A stretch of 51,313 bases of DNA, taken from Clostridia bacterium (lineage in GTDB: Bacteria > Bacillota > Clostridia > UMGS1883 > UMGS1540). Positions 7,840-16,659 of the stretch are shown here, piece after piece (the first letter of the stretch is position 1; the number at the start of each line of letters is the position of its first letter). The position numbers and the translations under genes were made by a program. The stretch lies in NCBI GenBank assembly GCA_045592225.1, contig JAZNUH010000007.1:1-51313 (forward strand), given 5' to 3'. The notes under the pieces were generated by a model. It made no database searches. It was not told the origin of the DNA and was given only the letters and a program-made list of their open reading frames with translations.

Positions 7840-9363
7840 TAAAGCGCAAATAACCGACTTAATACCGTCAACTGCAGAAGAAACTATTCCGCCTGCATAT
7901 CCGCTTCCTTCGCCTATCGGGTATAAACCGTGTACGGATGACTGCATATTTTGGTCACGTACAATACGAACAGGGGAGGATGAGCGTGTTTCAGGTGCGG
8001 TAAGCAGAGCATCTTTGTCGGCAAAACCGGGCATTTGCCTGTCAATCATAAGAATACCTTCACGAAGTGCCTGTACAACAAATGCGGGCAGACATTGTGC
8101 AACGTCGCCTAAAACAACACCACGGGGATAGGTGGGTAAAACTTTGCCAAAATCCACAGAAGGTTTATTCTGTAAAAAATCACCAACCTTCTGGCAGGGC
8201 GCTTTGTAATCGCCACCGGAAAGGTTAAATGCACTTTGCTCTATCTGCTTTTGAAAATCAATACCACAGAGAGGCGAGTCACCCGTTGGATTTACTCCGA
8301 CTAAAAGCGCACTGTTTGCATTTTGACCGTCACGGGCAAGGTTACTGTAACCATTGGTGACTACGCCGCCCTTCTCGGATGCAGATGCTGAAACAAATCC
8401 GCCCGGGCACATACAGAAGGTATATACACCGTATCCGCTTTTGAGGTGAACGGCATGCTTGTAGTCAGCTGCAGGGAGAAGAGAAGCAAATTTTCCGTAC
8501 TGTGCAAGGTTAATATCCTCCTGCAGATGTTCAATTCGCACTCCTACTGAAAAAGGCTTGGGAGCCAGATTAACTCCTTTTTTATAAAGCAGTTCAAATA
8601 TATCTCTCGAACTGTGACCTGTTGCAAGGAAAACATGTTCTGTTTCTATTTCTGCAAGGGGAGTAACAACGCCGTATATTTTATTATTTTTTATAATTAA
8701 GTCGGTCAGGGACGTGTTAAATAACACTTCACCGCCCAGAGAGATTATAAGCTTACGCAAATTGGGTATAACAACGGCAAGTCTGTCACTTCCGATGTGC
8801 GGACGAGCCATATAAAGTATTTCTTCGGGGGCACCACATTCATAAAATGTTTTTAAAACCTCACGAATATACGGACTTTTAATGCCTGTGTTCAGCTTAC
8901 CGTCGGAAAATGTTCCTGCCCCGCCTTCACCAAACTGCACATTGGAGGTTGGATCAAGAATACCTGTTTTATAAAATTGGTCAATGTCGGTAGAACGCTC
9001 TTTTACAGGCTTTCCCTGTTCAATTAAAACAGGACGCTGACCTGCTTTTGCAAGCATAAGTGCTGCAAACATACCCGCAGGTCCGCAACCAACAACTACA
9101 GGACGATGGTTTAGTTTCCTGTCGGGAATGTAAATGGGCACAGGTGGAGTGTATTCTGTTATATCAGCAGATGATTTGTATTTTTTGCAAACATCAGCTG
9201 CAACGGTATAAACATAATACACGTTGTCGCGCTTTCGTGCATCTACAGATTTACGAAGTATTTTTAAATTTTTTATATCTTTTTCCGCAACCCCGAGTTT
9301 GTCGGCAAGTGCGGACAGTATATCTCCTGTAAGAGACACCTTGAGATTTGAGATTTTAAGCAT
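7819..9363 (-). CDS. FAD-dependent protein (COG2509-type NAD(FAD)-utilising dehydrogenase)
   Basis: VVGCGPAGMFAAL dinucleotide-binding motif and COG2509-like N-terminus MLKISNLKVSL. The start was re-set to the ATG at 9363, 12 nt after the upstream gene's stop. Confidence 0.8.
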   Translation of the reverse strand: MLKISNLKVSLTGDILSALADKLGVAEKDIKNLKILRKSVDARKRDNVYYVYTVAADVCKKYKSSADITEYTPPVPIYIPDRKLNHRPVVVGCGPAGMFAALMLAKAGQRPVLIEQGKPVKERSTDIDQFYKTGILDPTSNVQFGEGGAGTFSDGKLNTGIKSPYIREVLKTFYECGAPEEILYMARPHIGSDRLAVVIPNLRKLIISLGGEVLFNTSLTDLIIKNNKIYGVVTPLAEIETEHVFLATGHSSRDIFELLYKKGVNLAPKPFSVGVRIEHLQEDINLAQYGKFASLLPAADYKHAVHLKSGYGVYTFCMCPGGFVSASASEKGGVVTNGYSNLARDGQNANSALLVGVNPTGDSPLCGIDFQKQIEQSAFNLSGGDYKAPCQKVGDFLQNKPSVDFGKVLPTYPRGVVLGDVAQCLPAFVVQALREGILMIDRQMPGFADKDALLTAPETRSSSPVRIVRDQNMQSSVHGLYPIGEGSGYAGGIVSSAVDGIKSVICALSAENKL

Positions 9364-9374
9364 ATTACTCACTT

Positions 9375-10556
9375 TCAGTTTAGTGACAGGGCAGCATTTT
9401 CTCCTGCAAAATAGCCGGAACTCCATGCCCATTGCAGATTGTATCCGCCGCAGTCACCGTCAATATCCATTATTTCGCCGGCAAAGTAAACCCCGGGTAC
9501 GATTTTTGACTCCATGGTTTTTGGATTAATGTCTGACACATTTATACCACCGGCAGTAACCTGTGCATTTGCCCAGGGCATAGTGCCGGTAATTTTGAAT
9601 TTAAAGTTATGTATAAGCCGCGCAATGTGTTCCGGCTTGTCTGCCATTTTGCATACTTCAAAGCCCAGACGCTTGTTTAAAATGCCGTTTAAAAAATCTT
9701 CTTTTGAAAGATGCGGAAGCCTTGATTTGCGGGCTGTAAGTTCTTCTTCAAGTCGGTCATTATAAGGTAAAAGGTCAAGGGAAACATATACATCTTTTTT
9801 GCTGTAAATACCTTCAGCTGCAAGTCGTGACAAATCAAATATAGGCGGACCTGATAAACCGTATTCTGTAAACAGAACTTCACCGTATACGCTCTTGCGG
9901 TTTTTCTCACATATAACTGTTGCAGTACACATATGCTTTATACCCTTGAGTGAACGAATGGGTGATTCGGTTTTAAGCTGGACCAGCGATGGGAAAGGAG
10001 ATACAAGCTTATGACCCAGCTGTACCGCAAGCTTGTAGCCGTTGCCGTCACTTCCGAATGCGGGTGCGGCTTTTCCGCCGGTTGCGATAATAACTTTTTT
10101 TGCCTGTATTTTATCACCCTTATCCGAAATAAGGGTAAAAGGATTAAGCTTTATATCGTTTACAAAAAAGTCGGTAAGCTCTGTGATGCCAAGTCGATGA
10201 CATTCTATGCGCAGCATATCAAGTACCGAGGATGCCTGCAGACTTTGAGGATATATTTTACCGTTTTCCGCGTTTGTAAATGGTATGCCAATTTCGTCAA
10301 AGAAATCGGTTGTTTTATAAAGGTCAAAGCGGCTTAACGCACTGCGTGCAAAATCGGGATTTTTCCCGTGGTAATGGGATATATCGAGGTCGTTGTTGGT
10401 TATGTTGCATCTGCCGTTTCCCGTGGAAAGAATTTTTTTGCCTACACGGGGAAGGCGCTCGACAATAATTACAGAGGCACCCTGACGCGCCGCCGCAATT
10501 GCAGACATAAGTCCCGCGGCACCACCGCCGATAATACATATATCAGTATGGGTCAT
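9375..10556 (-). CDS. HI0933/BaiN-family flavoprotein (aminoacetone-oxidase-family FAD-binding enzyme)
   Basis: MTHTDICIIGGGAAGLMSA..KILSTGNGRCNITN and a C-terminal GEIMDIDGDCGGYNLQWAWSSG motif. GGAGG RBS. Confidence 0.85.
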   Translation of the reverse strand: MTHTDICIIGGGAAGLMSAIAAARQGASVIIVERLPRVGKKILSTGNGRCNITNNDLDISHYHGKNPDFARSALSRFDLYKTTDFFDEIGIPFTNAENGKIYPQSLQASSVLDMLRIECHRLGITELTDFFVNDIKLNPFTLISDKGDKIQAKKVIIATGGKAAPAFGSDGNGYKLAVQLGHKLVSPFPSLVQLKTESPIRSLKGIKHMCTATVICEKNRKSVYGEVLFTEYGLSGPPIFDLSRLAAEGIYSKKDVYVSLDLLPYNDRLEEELTARKSRLPHLSKEDFLNGILNKRLGFEVCKMADKPEHIARLIHNFKFKITGTMPWANAQVTAGGINVSDINPKTMESKIVPGVYFAGEIMDIDGDCGGYNLQWAWSSGYFAGENAALSLN

Positions 10557-11398
10557 GCAATATTACCTCCTTCACGTCTGTGGTAGAAAAGATACTGCTG
10601 TGCTATTCCTGCAAGGTCGCCAAAAAGTGTTTCACCGTGAATTGTTGCCTTGTCAGGGGTACAACCGTAAAGCTCGTTCATAACTCGTTTTACCCATACA
10701 TCGGTGGGGAACACTTCGAATCTGCCAAAGGAGAAAAGTAAAATACAATCGGCAACCTTTGGACCAACACCCTTTACAGTTCTTAAAATACGTCGTGCAT
10801 CAGTTATTGGAGCATTTTGAATTTCCTCTCTGTCAAGAGAAGAAAAGCTGCGTACAGCTTCAGCAATATATGGAGCACGATAGCCCATTTTAAAGGGAGC
10901 AAGGTCCTGCGACTCTATACCGTACAGAGCCTTGTGGGTGGGGAATGCATAATATTCCTTTTGGTCAAACATTATTTTTTCACCATATGTCCGCGACATC
11001 GCATCTATAATACCGCGTATCCTGGGAATATTGTTATTTGCAGAAATAATAAAAGAAAGCAGTGTTTCAAAAAAGTCCTGTTTCAGAATGTGTATACCCC
11101 AGCCGTATGAAATGGCGGATTTTAAGAATTTGTCTTTGGCCGAGAGTAAATCCTTTATCTTTATGTAATCTCTCTTAAAATCAAAATAATCAAGCCAAAT
11201 TTCATTATATTCATCAGTATCAGTTCCGGTAAGGGTGATTTCGTCCCTGTCTGCCGATACGTTTAAAACTCTGCCCTTTGCAACACCTGTAAAACTACCG
11301 TCAGGCATTTCATCCCAACGGAAACACTGCCCACACAAAAATGTATGGGCAGGGCAGAAATCGGTTGAATTTTTTATTGTTATTTTATTGGTTGTCAT
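10553..11398 (-). CDS. ogg: 8-oxoguanine DNA glycosylase / HhH-GPD family N-glycosylase-DNA lyase
   Basis: HhH-GPD core LRTVKGVGPKVADCILLFSFGRFEVFPTDVWVKRVM, about 280 aa, like clostridial Ogg. The ATG at 11398 has an AAGGTGA RBS. The stop overlaps the next start (ATGA). Confidence 0.75.
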   Translation of the reverse strand: MTTNKITIKNSTDFCPAHTFLCGQCFRWDEMPDGSFTGVAKGRVLNVSADRDEITLTGTDTDEYNEIWLDYFDFKRDYIKIKDLLSAKDKFLKSAISYGWGIHILKQDFFETLLSFIISANNNIPRIRGIIDAMSRTYGEKIMFDQKEYYAFPTHKALYGIESQDLAPFKMGYRAPYIAEAVRSFSSLDREEIQNAPITDARRILRTVKGVGPKVADCILLFSFGRFEVFPTDVWVKRVMNELYGCTPDKATIHGETLFGDLAGIAQQYLFYHRREGGNIA

Positions 11399-12359
11399 TT
11401 TCTTCACCTTGAGTTTCTTCGCCGGCAATTGTAAATTCTACGTTATATACAGCTTCCGGATTGGTGGGAAGAACATCATCGGGAAATACAAGTGTCAACG
11501 GAAGTGTAATGGGTGATTCTGCCGCCTGTAAGGTAACCGGCAGAGTGTCAATCTGTTCAATTTCGTTTATTACCGAGGGTTTACCCTTGATTTCAACAGT
11601 TTCAGGAACGGCTTTGGTTGACTCTATCTGCATACCTGTCGGGTTGTACACAGCCGGGACAACAGGCACATTTTTTGTAAGTAAAATAGGAACGGTTACA
11701 TCAACACCTGAATTATATAATGTAATATTGTTTCCCTGATATGTTTTGCCGTTGGTGTCAACAAGTGAAACGGCAACTGTGCTTGTAAAATCCTCGTCAG
11801 CACCGCTTAAATCTACTGTTGCAACTGCGGATGCTATTCGGTTGACAACCGATGCAGGACCTGATATTCGAACAATTGCAGGGGTAATAACCGCTTCGCC
11901 CGGGGAATGGTTTTCAACCGGAGTTCCCTGATAGCTTACAGTTACATTTTTTGTGGTTTCAATGGTGCGGTCTACGGTAACAGAAATTGTATAGGGTTTT
12001 TTATCGGTTATCTCCAGTCCGTCGATGGGAAAACGTATGTTTACGGGAAGTGAATATGTCCCTTCTGAAAATACGTCTCCAAGGTCAACGGTAGCAGAAA
12101 TGTTGGATGCCGAAATAAGTGATACATCACGTCTGCGTCCTTTAACCTTAACCGAAATGGTAGGTTGTTCACCGTTATCGCTTATAACAACGAGAGAATT
12201 TTCTAAAAGACCGTCAGTATTGATAAATGAAACGGGTATATTTCGCACCCAGAACTCTGCCTGAGGATTTTCAGCATATACCACATAAAACCAAAGAGCA
12301 ATTGCTGCGAGCAGAGATATAAGTTTTATAAATTTATCCGAATGAATTATTTTTTCCAT
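11385..12359 (-). CDS. cdaR: YbbR-domain protein, CdaA regulator
   Basis: N-terminal TM segment followed by repeated YbbR-like beta modules. It lies immediately downstream of cdaA and overlaps it. Confidence 0.8.
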   Translation of the reverse strand: MEKIIHSDKFIKLISLLAAIALWFYVVYAENPQAEFWVRNIPVSFINTDGLLENSLVVISDNGEQPTISVKVKGRRRDVSLISASNISATVDLGDVFSEGTYSLPVNIRFPIDGLEITDKKPYTISVTVDRTIETTKNVTVSYQGTPVENHSPGEAVITPAIVRISGPASVVNRIASAVATVDLSGADEDFTSTVAVSLVDTNGKTYQGNNITLYNSGVDVTVPILLTKNVPVVPAVYNPTGMQIESTKAVPETVEIKGKPSVINEIEQIDTLPVTLQAAESPITLPLTLVFPDDVLPTNPEAVYNVEFTIAGEETQGEENDNQ

Positions 12360-13192
12360 TTAAGACGCTCCTTCCAGGTAACATCTTTTTTGCTGTTTTC
12401 GGCATAAAGAGCATTATCTAAAAATTTTTGCAGTGAATCTGCGGTTAAGTTTCGTGTCATACTTCCGTCGCATGCAAATGAAATTTTACCTGTTTCTTCA
12501 GAAACAACAACTACTGCAGCGTCGGACATTTCGGAAACGCCGAGTGCTGCACGATGACGTGTTCCAAGTTCGCGACTTAATGAGTCGTTTTGAGTAAGGG
12601 GCAAAATACAAGCAGCAGCCGCAATTTTACCGTCGCGTATAATTACTGCACCGTCATGGAGAGGTGTGTTGGGAACAAACAGGTTTATAAGCAAGTCCGA
12701 GCTTACAATAGCATCAAGTTCACGACCTGTTTTGATGATTTCACCAAGCTTTGTGTTTTTCTCAACAACAATAAGTGCGCCTGTGCGCTGTGCCGAAAGG
12801 GTTACAGCGGTCTTAACAATTTCAGCGGTAAGTAAATTCTCACCGTCATCATTGGAAGAAGGGAAGAACATTCTGAAAATCTGACTTCTGCCCATCTTTT
12901 CAAGTGCACGACGAAGCTCTGGCTGGAAAACAACAAGCAAAGCCAGAGCACCAAACTGTAAGGTGTTCTTCAGTATGTAATTTATTGTGTTTAAATGAAG
13001 CCATTCACTTGCAACAGTGACAAGCAGTAAAACAAGTATACCCTTGATTAGCTGTTGTGCACGTGTTTCATAAACAAGTTTAATAAGCTTGTATATAATA
13101 AAAGCAACAAGTGCAATATCAACAAAGTCACTGATGCGGACAAGGCTTATGAAATTCAGAATAGAATCGCAGATTTGTGTCCAGATACTCAC
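12347..13192 (-). CDS. cdaA: Diadenylate cyclase CdaA (DisA_N domain, three N-terminal TM helices)
   Basis: Motifs TPLHDGAVIIR and GTRHRAALGVSEMSDAAVVVVSEETG. The start was re-set to the GTG at 13192, which has an AAGGAGA RBS 8 nt upstream. The ORF-track ATG at 13273 adds 27 residues that I consider unlikely to be translated. Confidence 0.85.
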   Translation of the reverse strand: MSIWTQICDSILNFISLVRISDFVDIALVAFIIYKLIKLVYETRAQQLIKGILVLLLVTVASEWLHLNTINYILKNTLQFGALALLVVFQPELRRALEKMGRSQIFRMFFPSSNDDGENLLTAEIVKTAVTLSAQRTGALIVVEKNTKLGEIIKTGRELDAIVSSDLLINLFVPNTPLHDGAVIIRDGKIAAAACILPLTQNDSLSRELGTRHRAALGVSEMSDAAVVVVSEETGKISFACDGSMTRNLTADSLQKFLDNALYAENSKKDVTWKERLKWKK

Positions 13193-13304
13193 GAAAAATT
13201 TCTCCTTAAAGTATTTTCTTATATTATACAACATTAAGCAAGCAAATGTAACCCCTTTTATAAAAAAAATCAAAAAAAATTATAGGATTTTAATATAAGT
13301 GGAA

Positions 13305-13336
13305 TAAAAAAGAACCTGTAAATTATACAGGTTCTT
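13305..13336 (-). terminator. Intrinsic terminator after the 1044-aa glycosidase-like gene (also hairpin-competent on the plus strand)
   Basis: AGAACCTGTA / TACAGGTTCT 10-bp stem; on the minus strand it is followed by TTTTTT. Confidence 0.7.
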
Positions 13337-13354
13337 AAATCTTCTGTCAGTAGG

Positions 13355-16300
13355 CTATTTAATTACGGTAATTACCGGCGTATCAAGCAGACCTACCGTC
13401 TTGGCGCTTACCTCTTCGCGGTATTCAGCAAAGCCTTGACCGCAAAGAACAATTTCTTCAAGCACCATAGTAGGCTCGAGTGTGGTTGTTATGCGAATCT
13501 GCAGTTGATTTTCACCTTTTTTGCAAAGTGATGTTATATCTGCATCATAAGGCTTCCAGCAATATGTACCGGCACTTTTGCTGTTTACAATAACCTCGGC
13601 AACCTCGTTGGTTTTAAGTAAAACGCCAACATAAGCAGGGGCATCAACATCGAGATTAAAGCCTGTTGAATACAAAACATCACCGCCAAAGTAGCGCCAG
13701 CCCTGTGTTGTGTAGAGCTTTTTGGGGTCAATATCACATGTTGGAGCGGCAATAATATCGCCTTCATCAAGAGTAAAGTTACCGCGCAGGCACACCCAGG
13801 GCATTTTGTGGGGACCCTTCCAGCTATGAATACGGTTTATCATAATAACTGTGTTAAGACCTTCTTTTATAAGAGGAGTAACGTCTGTAACAGAATCGTG
13901 AGGGCCGAATTCAATAACCTTTTTAAATCCTGTTACAAGCTTGCCGTTAAGCCATATTTCACCATCGCCATCAACCTCGGAAAACATTTCTACATTTTCG
14001 GGAAGGTCTTTAACAGTAAAGCGGGCAAATGCAGCATATCCGCTGCCAAAATCAACGCCGTTAATAGAAGGATATTCAAAGCAGGCATAAGGAACTTCTG
14101 CCGTTTCTGCAAGTCTTATAAGCTCGGGGTTTATAGTTTTGTCAGGCTCTTTGGGCATAAGATATTTTATACGCAGTGGCAGTACATTTGCCTTTGCTGT
14201 TTCAAATGTCCATTTGCCGTCAAGCACAATATTTTCTTTTGTTCCGTCGGGAATAACCGTGATGTTTGCTTTTTCAATTCCGTCAAGAGCCACACCGTCT
14301 GCGGTGAGAATGAGAACAGGCATATCATAGGGGGCAACGTCAAAGGATATAACCCCGTTTTTGATTTCGCAGTCGTAGAGAAGGTCATCTCTTAAAAGCG
14401 ATGCAGACCAGTTGCCGCTGATATTAAGACTAACGGTATGTGTTTCTGTGCTGTCATTATATACAAAGCAGGAATAGATTCCGTCTGCCTGGCGGCGAGT
14501 GATAACAACACCTTCGGGAAGGGAGGGTGCATCAACAATTTCAGCCTGTTTGCCTGCGTTTATAAAACCTGTAAGGTCTGTACAGAAGGTATCAAGAGGC
14601 ATAACTTCATGGTTGCCTGTGTTTATGAGCATCACATTGCCTTCTTTGAGCACTCCGTATCCATTTGTATTTGCAAAGAAGTTACGCGCTTTGTCGGAGA
14701 GCTTGCAAATTTCAGCAAAATCAAAGTTTTTACATGTGTCAATGGCTTTGCTTGGGAACTTGTTGATAAATACAAGCTTACCGCCCTGTGATGCAAATTT
14801 ACTTATCATTTCAAGAGTTATTTCGTCGGAACATCCTGTATGAGGAATGACAAGGGTATTGTACTTAAAGCCACGGATATCAATTATACCGTCTTCAACC
14901 TTTGTGTCAGGAGTAAGCGGTTCATAGAAGTAGTCATAGTCAATACTTCCGTTGTACATGGCATAAGAGCAGTTGTGCCATGTGATATTCATGGTTTTGC
15001 TCCATACGCTTTCCGGAACGTGAGCCCAGGCATCAACCTGAGGAGTAAATACGAGCGTACTGCCCACAGGGGTTGTCTGTGACATTATGGATGCACGCAC
15101 GGCAGAATAGTCACTGAGCACATTGTAATGCTTAAACAGAGGATTCTGGAAACTGTGGCTGGGGGGATAAGCGCAGGGGAAATCCTTGCGGTCACCTTCA
15201 TTCATAGAATAGAAAGCACCCATATACATAATGTGGGAAATACCCTGCATCATAAGTCTGTTGATGATGTGTTTTGCATCTTCAAGTGTAAGGTCCCAAC
15301 CACTGCCTGTAAATGTTTCGCAGAAGGTTTTCTTTTTATCTGCGAACTTTGCAACAGAAGCAACCTGCTTGTATGCGGTCCAGTTGGGATTTTGCAGCTT
15401 TGCTTTGCTTAAGATGTGGTCCATTCCGGGGATATCAAATCTTGAAAGTGCTTCATAAAAATCACCCATCTGCATTGTCTGGTAATAAAGTATACCACCG
15501 CCACTCATATGCCCTGTAAGCAGAAGGTTGTTCTTGTGACACCAATCTGCATACTGATCAAGATAAGCTGTGCAGAACAGTCTCGTAAGTGTTTTGTGGT
15601 AATCGTGACGTACCTTTAAATCCTCATCGGTTTCAAATGCGCCTGTGATAGCGATATAGTTATCACTTAAAGCATAGCCGTGTTCCTTTTGAAATTCTTC
15701 CTCTAAAACACTTGAGTAGGGACGGCGTGTTTCCGACCCGAAATCACCGAGAGAGGTTTCGTCGGTAAAAATATGCTTTATGGACTTTCCAAATTTGTCA
15801 CCAACAGTTTTTTTATAAACCTCGTGATTAAGCTCAAAGAATTTACGTACAGCGGCAGGATTCATTGTATCGGTAAACCCCGGCTGGTTGGTTGCATAAG
15901 GACTCCACTGACTTGTGGGGCTGATGCCTTCAAGAGGACACTGACAGAAAACCCATATCTTTGTGGAAACAAGCTTGTCGTTGTTCCACAAAACGCGACC
16001 ATAGTTACTGCCCTCGAAATATTCTATTTTTACTTTGTCGGTAATGTCCTCGCGTCTGCACTGCTTGTCGGCATACTGAACCTGAACGGCTAAAACCTTG
16101 CCCTTAAAAAGAATATCAACAGGTTCTGCAACCATTGCATTCTTAAAGAACCAGTGAAGCATGGTCATGCGGTATTCGGGGTATTCTGCGGGAACTCTGC
16201 CTGCACACGAGCCGGATGCCCACGCAAATTCATCATATATAGAATAGCGGATGCCGAGACGCTCTGCGGTGTCGGAAGCAAGGCGAATGTATTCGTTATA

Positions 16301-16489
16301 CTTGTCTGAAAGATAGCGTGTGCCCATATCACCATGTCCCGGGTGAATGTAAAACTCGTCTATACCTGCTTCTTTGAATTTTTCAATCTGAAAAACAATG
16401 TCTTCAGGTGTAAGAAGATCACCCCAGAACCACATAAGTGAAGGACGTTCAGCATCTCCGTGCTTATCAATAAAAAAGCTTTTATTCAT
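13355..16489 (-). CDS. Large cytoplasmic glycoside-hydrolase-like protein (TIM-barrel-like N-terminus plus C-terminal jelly-roll/galactose-binding-like domain); family uncertain, possibly GH106-like
   Basis: 1044 aa with no signal peptide. The N-terminus ..FWGDLLTPEDIVFQIEKFKEAGIDEFYIHPGHGD.. resembles glycosyl-hydrolase-like proteins. The C-terminal WLNGKLV..GPHDSVTDVTPLIKEGLNTVIM resembles sugar-binding jelly rolls. AAGGAGTGA RBS. Confidence 0.6.
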   Translation of the reverse strand: MNKSFFIDKHGDAERPSLMWFWGDLLTPEDIVFQIEKFKEAGIDEFYIHPGHGDMGTRYLSDKYNEYIRLASDTAERLGIRYSIYDEFAWASGSCAGRVPAEYPEYRMTMLHWFFKNAMVAEPVDILFKGKVLAVQVQYADKQCRREDITDKVKIEYFEGSNYGRVLWNNDKLVSTKIWVFCQCPLEGISPTSQWSPYATNQPGFTDTMNPAAVRKFFELNHEVYKKTVGDKFGKSIKHIFTDETSLGDFGSETRRPYSSVLEEEFQKEHGYALSDNYIAITGAFETDEDLKVRHDYHKTLTRLFCTAYLDQYADWCHKNNLLLTGHMSGGGILYYQTMQMGDFYEALSRFDIPGMDHILSKAKLQNPNWTAYKQVASVAKFADKKKTFCETFTGSGWDLTLEDAKHIINRLMMQGISHIMYMGAFYSMNEGDRKDFPCAYPPSHSFQNPLFKHYNVLSDYSAVRASIMSQTTPVGSTLVFTPQVDAWAHVPESVWSKTMNITWHNCSYAMYNGSIDYDYFYEPLTPDTKVEDGIIDIRGFKYNTLVIPHTGCSDEITLEMISKFASQGGKLVFINKFPSKAIDTCKNFDFAEICKLSDKARNFFANTNGYGVLKEGNVMLINTGNHEVMPLDTFCTDLTGFINAGKQAEIVDAPSLPEGVVITRRQADGIYSCFVYNDSTETHTVSLNISGNWSASLLRDDLLYDCEIKNGVISFDVAPYDMPVLILTADGVALDGIEKANITVIPDGTKENIVLDGKWTFETAKANVLPLRIKYLMPKEPDKTINPELIRLAETAEVPYACFEYPSINGVDFGSGYAAFARFTVKDLPENVEMFSEVDGDGEIWLNGKLVTGFKKVIEFGPHDSVTDVTPLIKEGLNTVIMINRIHSWKGPHKMPWVCLRGNFTLDEGDIIAAPTCDIDPKKLYTTQGWRYFGGDVLYSTGFNLDVDAPAYVGVLLKTNEVAEVIVNSKSAGTYCWKPYDADITSLCKKGENQLQIRITTTLEPTMVLEEIVLCGQGFAEYREEVSAKTVGLLDTPVITVIK

Positions 16490-16659
16490 ATTAAGTCACT
16501 CCTTGCCTTGTTAGAGTTTTGGTTTATGCTATTATATAACCATTTTCAAAAAAGTTCAATATAAAACACTTTTTTACACCAAAAACTTTTGTACACCTTT
16601 TCAAATTTAATATCCATGTAATAATTTAATGTTATAATGAGAAAAAGGAGGAGAGTAAT

